DNA of 64,000 nucleotides from IMG/VR virus record IMGVR_UViG_3300028048_000055, positions 1 through 64,000 of that record, one strand, 5' to 3'. Below are positions 22,113 to 32,767 of this stretch, piece by piece. The notes under the pieces were generated by a model. It saw only the letters and a list, made by a program, of their open reading frames with translations, was not told the DNA's origin and made no database searches. This DNA is from a virus. Its lineage: Duplodnaviria; Caudoviricetes. The position numbers were made by a program, and so were the translations under genes. How positions within the stretch are numbered: position 1 is the first letter of the stretch; every line of letters starts with the position of its first letter.

Positions 22113-22568
22113 ATGATTTTTACATTAAAATCTTATAGCGATCTTGGTAGATGTAGCTATGCTACATTAAAAGAATCTTTTGATTCTGAAAAAGATGAAA
22201 TATATCTTAAAGATGTAAAAGTAGAGATTAATAAGCTAGAAGATTTGTTCCCATTCCTTTGGCAAGCTACAGCCATTGGTTTTTACGATAATAAAGAACA
22301 TAAATCAGTTTGTAAGTTCTATAGTGATAAACCTTGGTGGCATAATGACTATGATAAGTCTATCGAAGAATGTGATAAAGAAATTCAGAAGTTAAATAAA
22401 AAGATAGTCAAAGGTGGTGTAAAAGATAAAACTATCGAACGTTGGAAACAGACGATCGATTTTACAGAAAAACATAAGTCTTCTCTTATAAATTTAATAG
22501 AGCGGCTTGATAATGAATTAGAAGAACAAAAATTAAAACTTATAAAGGAAAATACAAATGAGCACTAG
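22113..22568 (+). CDS. hypothetical protein
   Basis: ORF in operon. Confidence 0.65.
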   Translation: MIFTLKSYSDLGRCSYATLKESFDSEKDEIYLKDVKVEINKLEDLFPFLWQATAIGFYDNKEHKSVCKFYSDKPWWHNDYDKSIEECDKEIQKLNKKIVKGGVKDKTIERWKQTIDFTEKHKSSLINLIERLDNELEEQKLKLIKENTNEH

Positions 22569-23136
22569 ATGCCAATTTATTGTATGGGAATATAATCCTG
22601 AAACTGATAATTTTGACCGCAAGCTTAACTTTTATCATCATCATGATGGCTATCCTTCTTTTATGGAAGAAGATGTAAAGAAGGCAATTAAGAGTCTTGA
22701 TGAAATTACTATTGAAAAAATAGCTGTTGATTTGCCTAAATATGACAGTGAATATGAACTTGAAGAATTAGACTCCGAACATGGCGATATTGAATATGTA
22801 TGGCATTTATTCCTTACAGATTTTAGTGTTGAATTAAAATATGTTGATTTATGGGGTGCTAAGACAGAACTTGCTTTATATGAACCGAATAAATGTGGTA
22901 AAAAGTATATTAAGTCATGGGTTATGGTAAGAAATACTAAGGAAATGTTGACAGATATTCCTGTGGAACTTTCTCCAGAACATATGAACTTGCTTGAAAA
23001 AGGCGCAAAAGAAGCAAAGATGACTGTTGAAGATTATGCATCTTATGTAATTAATTATGTATATAAGAAAGGCATGTTAGATGATATTTTTGCCGAATTA
23101 CTAAAGGAGAAAGAATCTGATGAAGGTGAAGATTAA
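22558..23136 (+). CDS. hypothetical phage protein (MSTR...HHDGYP type)
   Basis: MSTR, YHHHDGYP, HGDIEY motifs. Confidence 0.7.
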   Translation: MSTRCQFIVWEYNPETDNFDRKLNFYHHHDGYPSFMEEDVKKAIKSLDEITIEKIAVDLPKYDSEYELEELDSEHGDIEYVWHLFLTDFSVELKYVDLWGAKTELALYEPNKCGKKYIKSWVMVRNTKEMLTDIPVELSPEHMNLLEKGAKEAKMTVEDYASYVINYVYKKGMLDDIFAELLKEKESDEGED

Positions 23137-23479
23137 GGATATTGAAATCGAATGTACAGTTGATGAATATGAAGAACTTGTAGTTCGTGGCCTTTTAGGT
23201 GATGAACCTAAGACAATTATCAATACTGATGAACTTACTATTCAAGGTGATAAAAGTGATAATGGTCAACTTGATGATTGGATGAAGTTATTAAAGAAAT
23301 ATGAGCCAAAGAAAAGAGACCCATGGAAAGATATGGTTGTAACGGCTTATGGCTGCGAAATGCCATATCAGCAAATCTCTATTCCAGATAGTAAATTAAC
23401 TACAGAAATTCCAGTTGGTCCATTAACTGCAACAACAACTAGTCAAGTTATAACAGACGATAATAAAGCACATGTTTAA
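23120..23479 (+). CDS. hypothetical protein
   Basis: similar to 13074. Confidence 0.65.
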   Translation: MKVKIKDIEIECTVDEYEELVVRGLLGDEPKTIINTDELTIQGDKSDNGQLDDWMKLLKKYEPKKRDPWKDMVVTAYGCEMPYQQISIPDSKLTTEIPVGPLTATTTSQVITDDNKAHV

Positions 23480-24083
23480 TTATAATAAGTCAAAATATCC
23501 AATTACAGATGAACAAATGGATCTTTATCTCGATAAATATCCATTTTTAAATTTTACTGATATAAATGGAAATTTAACTATACATGATAGTGTAGAACGT
23601 CGACATGCTAATTATTATGCATTGTGGGATGGAACTGGTTGGGAAGAACTTTGGAAAAAATATTTAACTAAACTTTTTAGCCTATATGATAGTTGGAATG
23701 AAAACAAAAAGAAAGTCTTTAAATTTACTGATGTAAAAGAAAAATATGGTGGGCTTCGAATTTATACCTCATTTGATACAGGACTAGAAAACATCGCAGA
23801 ATCACTTTCTGAATGGGTTTGTGCAGAATGTGGTAAAATATCTAGGGAAGATGGAAAACGAGTCATATGGACCACTTCTGGATGGATAATAAACCTTTGT
23901 GAAGATTGTATGATTGAACGTGGATTTTGTAGTAATATATTAGCTAAAAAGTTTAAACATATACAAGAAAAACCGTTTGGATATAAACAATATGATAAAG
24001 ATTTTATAAAAACTGTTATTTATAAAGAAACTGATGATAATTGGCTAGAAATTGATTCTGAAACTAAAGAAAAGAGGGGTTAA
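23472..24083 (+). CDS. hypothetical phage protein (KEKYGGLR type, Zn-binding)
   Basis: VKEKYGGLRIY, CAECG, LCEDC. Confidence 0.7.
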   Translation: MFNYNKSKYPITDEQMDLYLDKYPFLNFTDINGNLTIHDSVERRHANYYALWDGTGWEELWKKYLTKLFSLYDSWNENKKKVFKFTDVKEKYGGLRIYTSFDTGLENIAESLSEWVCAECGKISREDGKRVIWTTSGWIINLCEDCMIERGFCSNILAKKFKHIQEKPFGYKQYDKDFIKTVIYKETDDNWLEIDSETKEKRG

Positions 24084-24135
24084 CAAAATACCCTCTTTTT
24101 ATTATATTTTATATTAAAATATAAGGGATATTATA

Positions 24136-24390
24136 ATGTCAAAATATAATGAAGTTAAATTTGGACAGCATACAGAAACATTGTATGCGGTTTATAATAG
24201 AAATACAAAGCAATTAGTTCACCAACATGGAATTTGTTTTGCTGGTTTACCTCAATATTGGCATTCTGATTATAAAACCGCAGAACGAATTTTAGATGGT
24301 GCATTAAAGTATTATCCAGATGATCATATTTTGACAATTATTAAGCAAGAAGTAACTTCTAATATTACTGATACTATGCCTCCGAGGTAA
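24136..24390 (+). CDS. hypothetical protein
   Basis: ORF after promoter. Confidence 0.6.
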   Translation: MSKYNEVKFGQHTETLYAVYNRNTKQLVHQHGICFAGLPQYWHSDYKTAERILDGALKYYPDDHILTIIKQEVTSNITDTMPPR

Positions 24391-24392
24391 TT

Positions 24393-24644
24393 ATGTGTAA
24401 GTATTGTAAAGATTTTGCTATTCTTAGTACAACTGTTGGTAAGTATAAGGTTTCTACAAGAATCCGTATTTATGAAGGTCAGGCATATTTAATTTCTGAT
24501 TCTATGCTTATTGAGGGTCTTTATGATGATTGGCCAATTCCACCAGTTGTAAAGATTCCGATTTCATATTGTCCGTTCTGTTCTACTCCAGTTGGTGGAA
24601 TGCCATGTGAAACTTATAGTGATACAATCCATAGAGAAGGTTAA
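24393..24644 (+). CDS. small zinc-binding protein
   Basis: MCKYC...YCPFC. Confidence 0.65.
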   Translation: MCKYCKDFAILSTTVGKYKVSTRIRIYEGQAYLISDSMLIEGLYDDWPIPPVVKIPISYCPFCSTPVGGMPCETYSDTIHREG

Positions 24645-24646
24645 AT

Positions 24647-24928
24647 ATGACAAAAGAAGATAAAAAAGAACGAATTGTCATTTTTCATTATGGAAATAAA
24701 ATTTTCGATAAAGTGGTTTGGGTAATTAAAGGAGAGCTTTATTATTGTTCAAATTCTGGGTGTAAAATTATTGGATATCGAGAAACTGAAGATGGTCCAG
24801 AAAATTCTATTACGCTTGGTAATAATGATACAGTATTTGAGCTTGATTTAAAATCTAAACTGTTTAAGGATGATGAAGACTCATTTGAATCGACTGGTTT
24901 TGATATATTTGCAATGAATAAAGATTAA
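24647..24928 (+). CDS. hypothetical protein
   Basis: ORF in operon. Confidence 0.6.
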   Translation: MTKEDKKERIVIFHYGNKIFDKVVWVIKGELYYCSNSGCKIIGYRETEDGPENSITLGNNDTVFELDLKSKLFKDDEDSFESTGFDIFAMNKD

Positions 24929-24985
24929 GTATTATTTATGAAACAGGTATTGACAAAATACCTGTTTTTTATTATATTTGTTATC

Positions 24986-25588
24986 ATGAAAGTTTTATTA
25001 TTGGACATTGAGAATACTGTAATTGATGATTTGCAGAATCGTAATTTTCTTGAAGATAATTGCGAAAGAATTTCTGCATTTATTAGAGAAAGTGAACCTA
25101 TTATAGTTACTTTCTTTACATGGGGCTGGAAAGAACCAAAAGAAATCGATTGGGAACTAGTTCATATAATGTTTGATAAGCTTGGTGTAAGCAAAGAACA
25201 GCGAGATATAAACTTGATTCTTAAGCAAGATTCAGTAGATATCGCTATTGAAGCTGGTTGGCTTGCTAAGGAAGATTTTGATAGAGCTATTCAACCTGGA
25301 ATGATGGGCGAATTCGGTATCAGTAAGTTATCTTGTTTTACTGAATGTGTTGTTCGTTCTATTACGAATGAGCATCTTACATTTGCTGATGCTACTATCA
25401 GAAATCCGCTTGAATACTGGTTAATTGATGATTTGGCTGGAAGTTTTGAAGATATTTCTTGGCATGGTGGTATACTTCATGCTATAACTATTAATCCGAA
25501 GTCATTAACGCAGTATACTTCACATATTCCGCTTAATCTTCCGACTGATCCAATTTGCGGAGCTCCACATCTTATAGAAACAAAGTAA
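24986..25588 (+). CDS. HAD-like hypothetical protein
   Basis: LLLDIENTVI and LIDD motifs; ATG after promoter. Confidence 0.55.
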   Translation: MKVLLLDIENTVIDDLQNRNFLEDNCERISAFIRESEPIIVTFFTWGWKEPKEIDWELVHIMFDKLGVSKEQRDINLILKQDSVDIAIEAGWLAKEDFDRAIQPGMMGEFGISKLSCFTECVVRSITNEHLTFADATIRNPLEYWLIDDLAGSFEDISWHGGILHAITINPKSLTQYTSHIPLNLPTDPICGAPHLIETK

Positions 25589-25845
25589 TGAATATAAGTT
25601 TAGATGAAACATTAAAAAGTGCATTTGGACTGTTCAAAGTTCCGTTTGAACCGGTTTCTAATATATTTTATATTCCTAATAAAGCAAATGCTAAGTATAT
25701 CATAGAATTTGATTATATGACTTCGCCTCCACTTACAGTAGTATCTGAAAATAATAAAATAATCTTTAGAGGAAATCCGACTGCGGTATTTATAAGAGTT
25801 TCATATCTATGGAAAAAATTTCATAAGGGAGAATTTGATGAATAG
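25588..25845 (+). CDS. hypothetical protein
   Basis: TAATG overlap. Confidence 0.6.
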   Translation: MNISLDETLKSAFGLFKVPFEPVSNIFYIPNKANAKYIIEFDYMTSPPLTVVSENNKIIFRGNPTAVFIRVSYLWKKFHKGEFDE

Positions 25846-26218
25846 TATTGACCCTCGTGGTATTAAAAATGTAAACTTTACTCTCGGTAAAGAAAATGAT
25901 GAAAGAGAACCTGAATGGAAGGCTCAACGTCTTACTCGTGGGTTTGATGATTCTGAACTATGGAGTCTTGATTGCACAATCGCTGAATTTATTGCTCCTC
26001 GTCTTAAAGCTTTTAAGGAACATGTCGAACAAGTTGGCGATCATCCATGTAATATTACTTATGAAAAATGGAAAGAAATTCTTGATCAGATGATTGAAGG
26101 TTTTGAACTTTATCCTGACCATTTTAATTGGATATCGACCAATTCAAATGAAAATTGGAGTAAGGTTTATAAAGCGCTTGAACTTTTTAAAAAATGGTTT
26201 TTTAATCTTTGGAACTAA
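25835..26218 (+). CDS. hypothetical phage protein
   Basis: WSLD.TIA..I.PRL..F, F..LW motifs. Confidence 0.7.
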   Translation: MMNSIDPRGIKNVNFTLGKENDEREPEWKAQRLTRGFDDSELWSLDCTIAEFIAPRLKAFKEHVEQVGDHPCNITYEKWKEILDQMIEGFELYPDHFNWISTNSNENWSKVYKALELFKKWFFNLWN

Positions 26219-26340
26219 AGGTAAAATATGGTAGAAATTATACAGTTAGCATATAATAATCCAGGTACAACCATTGCATTTATTTTCTTTGGTGGTTGGG
26301 CACTTAGTGAAATTATATCAGAATTCAGGAACAAGAAGTA

Positions 26341-27141
26341 ATGGGCTTAGATGTTTATTTTTATAAGATTAAGAATAAGTCTACTTGGAAGACATATAAA
26401 AATGCTTCCAAGGAATATAACAATTATTCTGATTTTCTTTGGACAAAATATGACAAAGAAACTACTGAAGCTTATAACAAATATCGTAAGTGGCTTGATG
26501 ATCTTGAAGAAAAACTTGATACTAATAAAATAACATCAGAACAATATTATAAAGAAGTTGACGAATCTAAATATACTTATACGTTAACAGACTTTTTAAC
26601 TTCTGATGAAAAATTAAAATATAATTTGCTTAGATCTGAACAAGATAAAGCAAAGAATGATTGTTGGTATATAGAACTCGAAGGCTTATATATGAGAAAA
26701 CAATATTGGTTTATTCAATATTGTTATAATAAGTTTAGAAATTATATGACTGATAATGAAAGATTTGACGGAAAAATTCTTAACGATGATCATTATTATG
26801 ATATGATTCTTACTAAAGAAGACATCAAGGATATTATCAGTAAGCTTGAACAATTAGTTAATTGTCCTGAAGACAAGAAAACTATTGCAGATGAAAAATA
26901 TGTAGACTTAAAAGAATTATTGTCTGGTAATGCTAATACTGCTGAAAAGACACATAAAGTAAAATATATCAATTCTGAATATTTTGATTCAATTTTTCCG
27001 ATTTATAATGAATTCGTTCATTCTGCAAGGCCAAATTGGAATTATCAATATGACACTATTGAATTTTATTTAAATAAATTTACTGATGTCTATAATCAGA
27101 TGGATGATGAAAATCTTATTTGCATTAATGAGAGCTGGTAA
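26341..27141 (+). CDS. hypothetical phage protein (MGLD type)
   Basis: MGLDVY, YMRK, terminal SW. Confidence 0.7.
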   Translation: MGLDVYFYKIKNKSTWKTYKNASKEYNNYSDFLWTKYDKETTEAYNKYRKWLDDLEEKLDTNKITSEQYYKEVDESKYTYTLTDFLTSDEKLKYNLLRSEQDKAKNDCWYIELEGLYMRKQYWFIQYCYNKFRNYMTDNERFDGKILNDDHYYDMILTKEDIKDIISKLEQLVNCPEDKKTIADEKYVDLKELLSGNANTAEKTHKVKYINSEYFDSIFPIYNEFVHSARPNWNYQYDTIEFYLNKFTDVYNQMDDENLICINESW

Positions 27142-27398
27142 TGTTTAAAAAATTCTTAAGCTTATTCACACGGGAAAAAATAATGTATATTGGAACTGAC
27201 CTTTATGAAGTTAATATAAGGAAAGTTCCTCAATGGTGGTTTATCTGGTGGCATTATCATTGGTATGAGGATGGCTATCAGCATTGTTCACCTGTTATGT
27301 ATGAAGTTACGCAAGAAGAACGTGAGCGTTTTATAAATAAGACGAAATACATAATTGAAAAATTTAAAAATTTAAGGTTACTTAATGAAGATACTTAG
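27141..27398 (+). CDS. hypothetical protein
   Basis: TAATG overlap. Confidence 0.55.
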   Translation: MFKKFLSLFTREKIMYIGTDLYEVNIRKVPQWWFIWWHYHWYEDGYQHCSPVMYEVTQEERERFINKTKYIIEKFKNLRLLNEDT

Positions 27399-28470
27399 AC
27401 CGATTAAAGACGGTAAATTTACAGAAACTAATGATTTAAGAAATTCTATTTTCCTTGCTGGCCCATGTCCTAGAGAAAAAGATGACTTTAAGAATGACTG
27501 GCGAAATCAAGCATTTGAAATTCTTAAGGATATTGGTTTTACTGGAACAGTAATTACGCCGACAAATCAAGATTATCAGGATTATCGAAAGCATGATCAT
27601 AATGCTTTGACAGTTCAGACAAAGTGGGAATATGAAACAATGAAAAAGTGTTCCGCACTTGTTTTCTGGATTGACCGTTCTGATAAGCATCCGGCAATGA
27701 CTACAAATATCGAAATCGGTGACTGGTATGACAGAGAGGGTGTATATGTTGGTTGGCCTAAGGATGCACCTAAGAATGATTATATTGAAATCCGACTTAA
27801 GATGAGGAAGGAAAAGAGAATCTATAATGACTTGCGAGAAATGTTAAAGCAAGTTGTTGATGATTTGAATAGACCTGCACAGATGTTCTTCACTAGTGAT
27901 ACTCATTTTGGCCAAGAAGCTACACGTAAGCATTCCAGAAGACCGTTTGTCGATGCTCATGATATGGATTTGGGACTTATCTCTAACTGGAATAAGAGAG
28001 TCACGATGAATGATACTGTAGTTCATGCTGGTGATTTTGGCGATATTAAGCAGTTGAAGGAAGTTCTCGGAAATCTTAATTTCGGTAAGCTGATTTGGGT
28101 TATGGGTAACTATGACAGAGTTGATGCCCTTTTTATTAGACAAATAATTAAGGAAACAAAACGAGATATTGAACTTAGAGATGATTATTCCTTTACTCAT
28201 ACTACTGATAAAGGTAAAAAAGTCACATTCTATGTAGTTCACGAGCCAAAAACATTTGATACTATAAAGTCTGGCCATGAACCTACTTATCCGTCTGAAT
28301 TTGTGCTCTTTGGACATATTCATGGAAGAGGTGCAGCTAAGATGAATGGTTTTGATGTAGGAACAGATTATCATCGATATACTCCAATTTCCATGGAAGA
28401 CGTATTATGGTATCATAATGCTTGTCAATATTGGGACGATAACGTTTATTGCGATAAAGCTATTGTTTAA
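27385..28470 (+). CDS. fusion of nucleoside 2-deoxyribosyltransferase-like domain and calcineurin-like phosphoesterase
   Basis: IFLAG..WR..Q..WE..TTNIE then SDTHF, GDF, GNYD, HE, GHIH. Confidence 0.85.
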   Translation: MKILRPIKDGKFTETNDLRNSIFLAGPCPREKDDFKNDWRNQAFEILKDIGFTGTVITPTNQDYQDYRKHDHNALTVQTKWEYETMKKCSALVFWIDRSDKHPAMTTNIEIGDWYDREGVYVGWPKDAPKNDYIEIRLKMRKEKRIYNDLREMLKQVVDDLNRPAQMFFTSDTHFGQEATRKHSRRPFVDAHDMDLGLISNWNKRVTMNDTVVHAGDFGDIKQLKEVLGNLNFGKLIWVMGNYDRVDALFIRQIIKETKRDIELRDDYSFTHTTDKGKKVTFYVVHEPKTFDTIKSGHEPTYPSEFVLFGHIHGRGAAKMNGFDVGTDYHRYTPISMEDVLWYHNACQYWDDNVYCDKAIV

Positions 28471-28538
28471 TTAAAATACTGGTTTACAAAACCAGTATTT
28501 TTTGTTATATTTAATCTGTATTGCAATGGAGATTAAAT

Positions 28539-29024
28539 ATGTTTGGCTGGTTTAATAAGAAAAAAGAATATCCTGTTCATCACGAAGAACATATAGTTCA
28601 TAATTTTGGTTGGCTTTCATCTCGAAAGGATGATATTAATGATACACAAGAAAAAATTCAAAAAGTATTAAATGCAGTTAATGTAAATAGTATCAGCTAT
28701 AATGATAGACAGCAATTTGTTATTCATGAATTCAAAAAAGAAAATATAACTTTAATTCTTGGAAATTTTAGAGGATTAGCTTTAGTAAAGAAATTTGCCC
28801 ATCCCAATAGTCCTATGCAAGATAAAGATAATTTTACATGGGAATTAATGTGGCTAAGTTATGGATTTGATTATCAAGAAAGCACCACTTATAAATGGTA
28901 TATTAAGGATTTACCAAAAGTTATGACAAATATGGTGTTCCAAGACATTGCAGCAATAACGAAAGAAGCATTGAAAATTATTGGTGATGTTGATGTAAAA
29001 TTTAAAAATAATTTGGTTGACTAA
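28539..29024 (+). CDS. hypothetical protein
   Basis: GGAG SD before ATG 28539. Confidence 0.6.
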   Translation: MFGWFNKKKEYPVHHEEHIVHNFGWLSSRKDDINDTQEKIQKVLNAVNVNSISYNDRQQFVIHEFKKENITLILGNFRGLALVKKFAHPNSPMQDKDNFTWELMWLSYGFDYQESTTYKWYIKDLPKVMTNMVFQDIAAITKEALKIIGDVDVKFKNNLVD

Positions 29025-29098
29025 AGAAATATGGTTATGAGTATAGGGTTGACGAAAGTCGACCTTATTTTTATATTTGTCAAAAAAAGGAAATAATT

Positions 29099-29863
29099 AT
29101 GAATTTTATTCAAGAAATGATTTATAACCATTACTTCAAGAAAGCAGTCAAGGAACTGGAAAAGCTTACTTATACTCGTTCTGACGGTAAAATTGATAAG
29201 TTTTCTGATTATTTTTATCTTGAACTTAAAAAGAGCAATGATGGCAGTACAAAAATCTGCAATATGAGAGTATTGCCGTGTAAGTTTTTTGAAAACGTGG
29301 GTTTATTTTCTATAAAGTTTAAGCGTGAACTAAATTATTCTGATAAAATTGACTATTTATTCGAAGATAATAAGATAGTTAATTATTATGGCATCCATTG
29401 GTATGATTCTATGATTGATACATTTACGCAGGAATTTAAAATACGTATGTCTATCCTTGATCAGTTTAGACAGCGTTATTCTGAAATTGAATTCTTGAAA
29501 AATAATTATACATTTTCATATGATACAATGGATGATGAAAATATCTATAAGAGAGTTATTAATCTTCAGATGACTCATATCAAGCCAATGGATATTGATA
29601 TGATTATTAAACTTTATAAGGCTAATTTGCCAAAAGCTGACTTAGAATATTTGCCGGAATATAGAAAATATTTAATTGACCAATTTGCTGCTGGATTTGC
29701 TGTAGTTGAAGCTATTATGCCTGAACATTCTATTATGTTTTATTCTGACTGGCTTAATAATATTCATCTCCCGTATATAAGGCGTATAGAATTGAACAAG
29801 GAATTTTCTGGTATTATCAAAGAGATTAACGAAGCAAGAACACAAAAACCATGCGAACAATAA
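29099..29863 (+). CDS. hypothetical protein (C-terminus weakly similar to 35433)
   Basis: ORF after promoter. Confidence 0.65.
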   Translation: MNFIQEMIYNHYFKKAVKELEKLTYTRSDGKIDKFSDYFYLELKKSNDGSTKICNMRVLPCKFFENVGLFSIKFKRELNYSDKIDYLFEDNKIVNYYGIHWYDSMIDTFTQEFKIRMSILDQFRQRYSEIEFLKNNYTFSYDTMDDENIYKRVINLQMTHIKPMDIDMIIKLYKANLPKADLEYLPEYRKYLIDQFAAGFAVVEAIMPEHSIMFYSDWLNNIHLPYIRRIELNKEFSGIIKEINEARTQKPCEQ

Positions 29864-30177
29864 ACCAAATACTAAGTAATGAGCATGAATATGCTACATA
29901 TCCGCCTTGGGATGCGATTGATGATTTGATAAGAGATCCTAATGCAGATATTAGTTATTGGGAAAAGTGTCCAGATCAAAAAATTCATGTTTGGATGTCT
30001 GATGGTAAAGAATATGATATGCGTGTAGTCGCAGAGGAAGATAGTATTAGAAAATACGGCCATCCTGAATACTGGTTTGCATTCGATAATAATGAATATA
30101 TTGATTATAGAACAGAACGTGAATTAGCAACAGAGTTTAATTTTACGAGACATATACTTTCATGGAAATTTATTTAG
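29851..30177 (+). CDS. hypothetical protein
   Basis: ORF in operon. Confidence 0.6.
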   Translation: MRTINQILSNEHEYATYPPWDAIDDLIRDPNADISYWEKCPDQKIHVWMSDGKEYDMRVVAEEDSIRKYGHPEYWFAFDNNEYIDYRTERELATEFNFTRHILSWKFI

Positions 30178-31635
30178 TGAACTAACTCCGGCTTAAAAGC
30201 CGGAATCTTCTTTTTCGTTTCTACGACCTACCTTGCCGTTTACCATTGCTGGCTTAACGGTAGAGGATAATGTCTCCACGGAGGCCTGTTCCAGGCACTC
30301 GGTACGTTTAATTGTACCAATAAATTTTACGTTCTTGGCGGCATGGATATCCCTGTCCTCGGCATAACCGCAGGCACACCGAAATATTCTATCTGCAAGA
30401 CTTAATGTATTAAGACATCCACAGGCCGTACAAAGCTTGGTAGTGGGATGTGATTTACTAATCTTGAAAGATTTAGTTCCTTCCATGCTTACCAGTTTCG
30501 CCTTGACCCTGCCGAGATACGAGCACTGTACCTGCCTGCCAAACGAGTTACCACACTTCTTACCGTTTTTCTTACTATGTTTCTTCTTTTTCCATTTAAA
30601 AATCATTTCATCCTGGAAATAGACAGTATTGTAGTTGGCAATAAGATAATGTATCAGCTTGTTCGTGGCATCTACTTTCTTATTGGTAAGGTGTTCGTAT
30701 TCCTTCCTGATCTGGTTACGAAGTTTCCAATAACGCTTTGAATCCTTTTGTTTACGATGTAACTGCTTTTGCAGGTAATTCAGGTATTCGCTTTCTCGCA
30801 CATTGCAGTTGAACTTCTCGCCGTCAGACGTGGTTATGTTGTCCTTGATGCCGAAGTCTAGACCGACTTCTTTGTATAATTTATTATTTTTATAATTTTC
30901 TTTATTTAGACAAACCGAAACATGAATGTATATACCGCTTGCTTTCTTGACAATTCTAGCGTCAGCAAGTTCGTAATTATTCAAGTTTAAAATTTGATTT
31001 AAACCGTACACCTTCAAGTTCTTGAAACCGGGTATAGTAATATGGCTGTTGTCTATAATTTTTACACCGCCGGATAAGATAGGTATAGAATTACACTCGG
31101 ATTTAAATTTCAACATACCTATTTTTATACCTTTCTTCTTAGCTTTTGACAGATTGACTATATCCTGCTTGACGTTTGCAACCATTCCACGATGAAGGTA
31201 AACCGGTAATGTAATATTGTCGTATACCTCGTTTTTGTCCTTATCGAAATGCTTTATGTTCTTGTGTTCAAGATAGTTGTAATCAAATATGTCTATATTC
31301 CGTTCTTCGTTATGTTTAGACAAAGCGATCATGTCGTTACGAATCCATTTTGCCTGCTTGAAGAAAACATTAAATTTCCTGAAAGTTTCCGGTTTGGTCT
31401 GGTGGCAATTAACCTTTAACTCAAATATCCTAATTATTTGGGTTTTTCTACGTTCACGTGTTTCAGCTAAGGATTTCCTTATTTGTTCACGTTCAGTATC
31501 TGTTAATTGTTTTCTTGCCATACATTATATTTATAAAAATTATTTTTAATTTTTGACATATTTACAATTTAGGTCATTTTTATTATATTTAATATGTCTG
31601 CTTGAATTACCACCCTAAAGGGTGGAATCTTGCGC
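30177..31635 (-). mobile_element. IS200/IS605-IS607 superfamily non-autonomous TnpB element
   Basis: higher GC than flanks; right end on - strand CCGGCTTTTAAGCCGG hairpin then AGTTAGTTCAC; related hairpin CCACCCT/AGGGTGG at about 31610; no tnpA. Confidence 0.75.
30193..31521 (-). CDS. tnpB: TnpB RNA-guided endonuclease
   Basis: RuvC-I GLDFGIKD, RuvC-II YFQDE, Zn ribbon CTACG/CACG, RuvC-III DRDIHAAKN. Confidence 0.92.
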   Translation of the reverse strand: MARKQLTDTEREQIRKSLAETRERRKTQIIRIFELKVNCHQTKPETFRKFNVFFKQAKWIRNDMIALSKHNEERNIDIFDYNYLEHKNIKHFDKDKNEVYDNITLPVYLHRGMVANVKQDIVNLSKAKKKGIKIGMLKFKSECNSIPILSGGVKIIDNSHITIPGFKNLKVYGLNQILNLNNYELADARIVKKASGIYIHVSVCLNKENYKNNKLYKEVGLDFGIKDNITTSDGEKFNCNVRESEYLNYLQKQLHRKQKDSKRYWKLRNQIRKEYEHLTNKKVDATNKLIHYLIANYNTVYFQDEMIFKWKKKKHSKKNGKKCGNSFGRQVQCSYLGRVKAKLVSMEGTKSFKISKSHPTTKLCTACGCLNTLSLADRIFRCACGYAEDRDIHAAKNVKFIGTIKRTECLEQASVETLSSTVKPAMVNGKVGRRNEKEDSGF

Positions 31636-31655
31636 AGATATTTTTGTCAATATTT

Positions 31656-31967
31656 ATGAACGTTTTACCTAAAATCGTCAATAAATTAGAACAGTTTTTT
31701 GATTTCTTGTTTTCAAAGGAAGAAACTGTTTTAAAGAAATTTATAAGAGTTATCGATAATGAAGTTATCACTTTTTATATCGTTAGAAAAACTGTTAAAA
31801 TTTTAGGCGGTATTATACGGTTTGATAATAATATTCTTTATCATGACTATAATTCTGATGATATTTCTACAGAAAAGAAATATTATATGGATATGCATGT
31901 TATGGCTGCACGTTATACTATCTTAGCGAATGAATGGAAAACAATGCTGAATCATGAGGAAATATGA
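31656..31967 (+). CDS. hypothetical protein
   Basis: ATG start outside the IS hairpin. Confidence 0.55.
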   Translation: MNVLPKIVNKLEQFFDFLFSKEETVLKKFIRVIDNEVITFYIVRKTVKILGGIIRFDNNILYHDYNSDDISTEKKYYMDMHVMAARYTILANEWKTMLNHEEI

Positions 31968-32395
31968 AGCAACTGTCAGAACTTAATTATGAAGTAAATG
32001 AAAGATTGAAAGGTAATGTAAAAGTAATGACTAAGGCTTTTGAAAATTATCTGGAAAATCAAATCATTGCATTATTGCTGCAGGAACCATCAAATGATGT
32101 ATGTTTTTTAAATGACAATTTTTCAAGATTTATTGATGATTTTCGCATGAGACATTCAGATTGCATAATTACAAAAAATAGCATCTGTAAAATGTTAAAT
32201 AAATGCCATGAATTAAATAATGGCATGAAATGTTGGTATAATACGCCTAAAATTAATGATAAATGGTATTGGCATTTGGATGCGACTGATATAGATAATA
32301 TTAATAATATTAAACTTATGGTTGCATTCAGGGATGTTAAACGCGCTGAAACATTAATTGATGGTCATAATATGATCTATAACTTTCAAGGATAA
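31964..32395 (+). CDS. hypothetical protein
   Basis: GAGG SD, ATGA overlap. Confidence 0.65.
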   Translation: MKQLSELNYEVNERLKGNVKVMTKAFENYLENQIIALLLQEPSNDVCFLNDNFSRFIDDFRMRHSDCIITKNSICKMLNKCHELNNGMKCWYNTPKINDKWYWHLDATDIDNINNIKLMVAFRDVKRAETLIDGHNMIYNFQG

Positions 32396-32404
32396 ATTTG
32401 AATT

Positions 32405-32698
32405 ATGTGTAAACGTCATTATTATATTGCTGTAAAAAATAAGTTTAATGCATGGGCTACAATTTATTGTGGAACCAACCTTCCTAAAATGTCAAAAGCT
32501 TTCTGTAAATTAGAAAAACAGATGGAAGGCTACGGATTTAAATTTAAGCTTGATATTGATGAAAATTATGATTCAGATTGCGGTGCATTTAAAACTTATG
32601 AGCAGGTTTTTGGTGAACCTTCACAAGTAGGACCTACATTAGCATTTGATAATGTACTTTGTGATATTAGAAAAGAATTTGGCGAAGAGGCAGATTGA
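32405..32698 (+). CDS. hypothetical protein
   Basis: ORF in operon. Confidence 0.6.
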   Translation: MCKRHYYIAVKNKFNAWATIYCGTNLPKMSKAFCKLEKQMEGYGFKFKLDIDENYDSDCGAFKTYEQVFGEPSQVGPTLAFDNVLCDIRKEFGEEAD

Positions 32699-32767
32699 TG
32701 AAAGATTATATTGTTTTTATTGGTGTTACCGTTATTGTTATAGCTATAGCTATTATTGGAATTTAAT

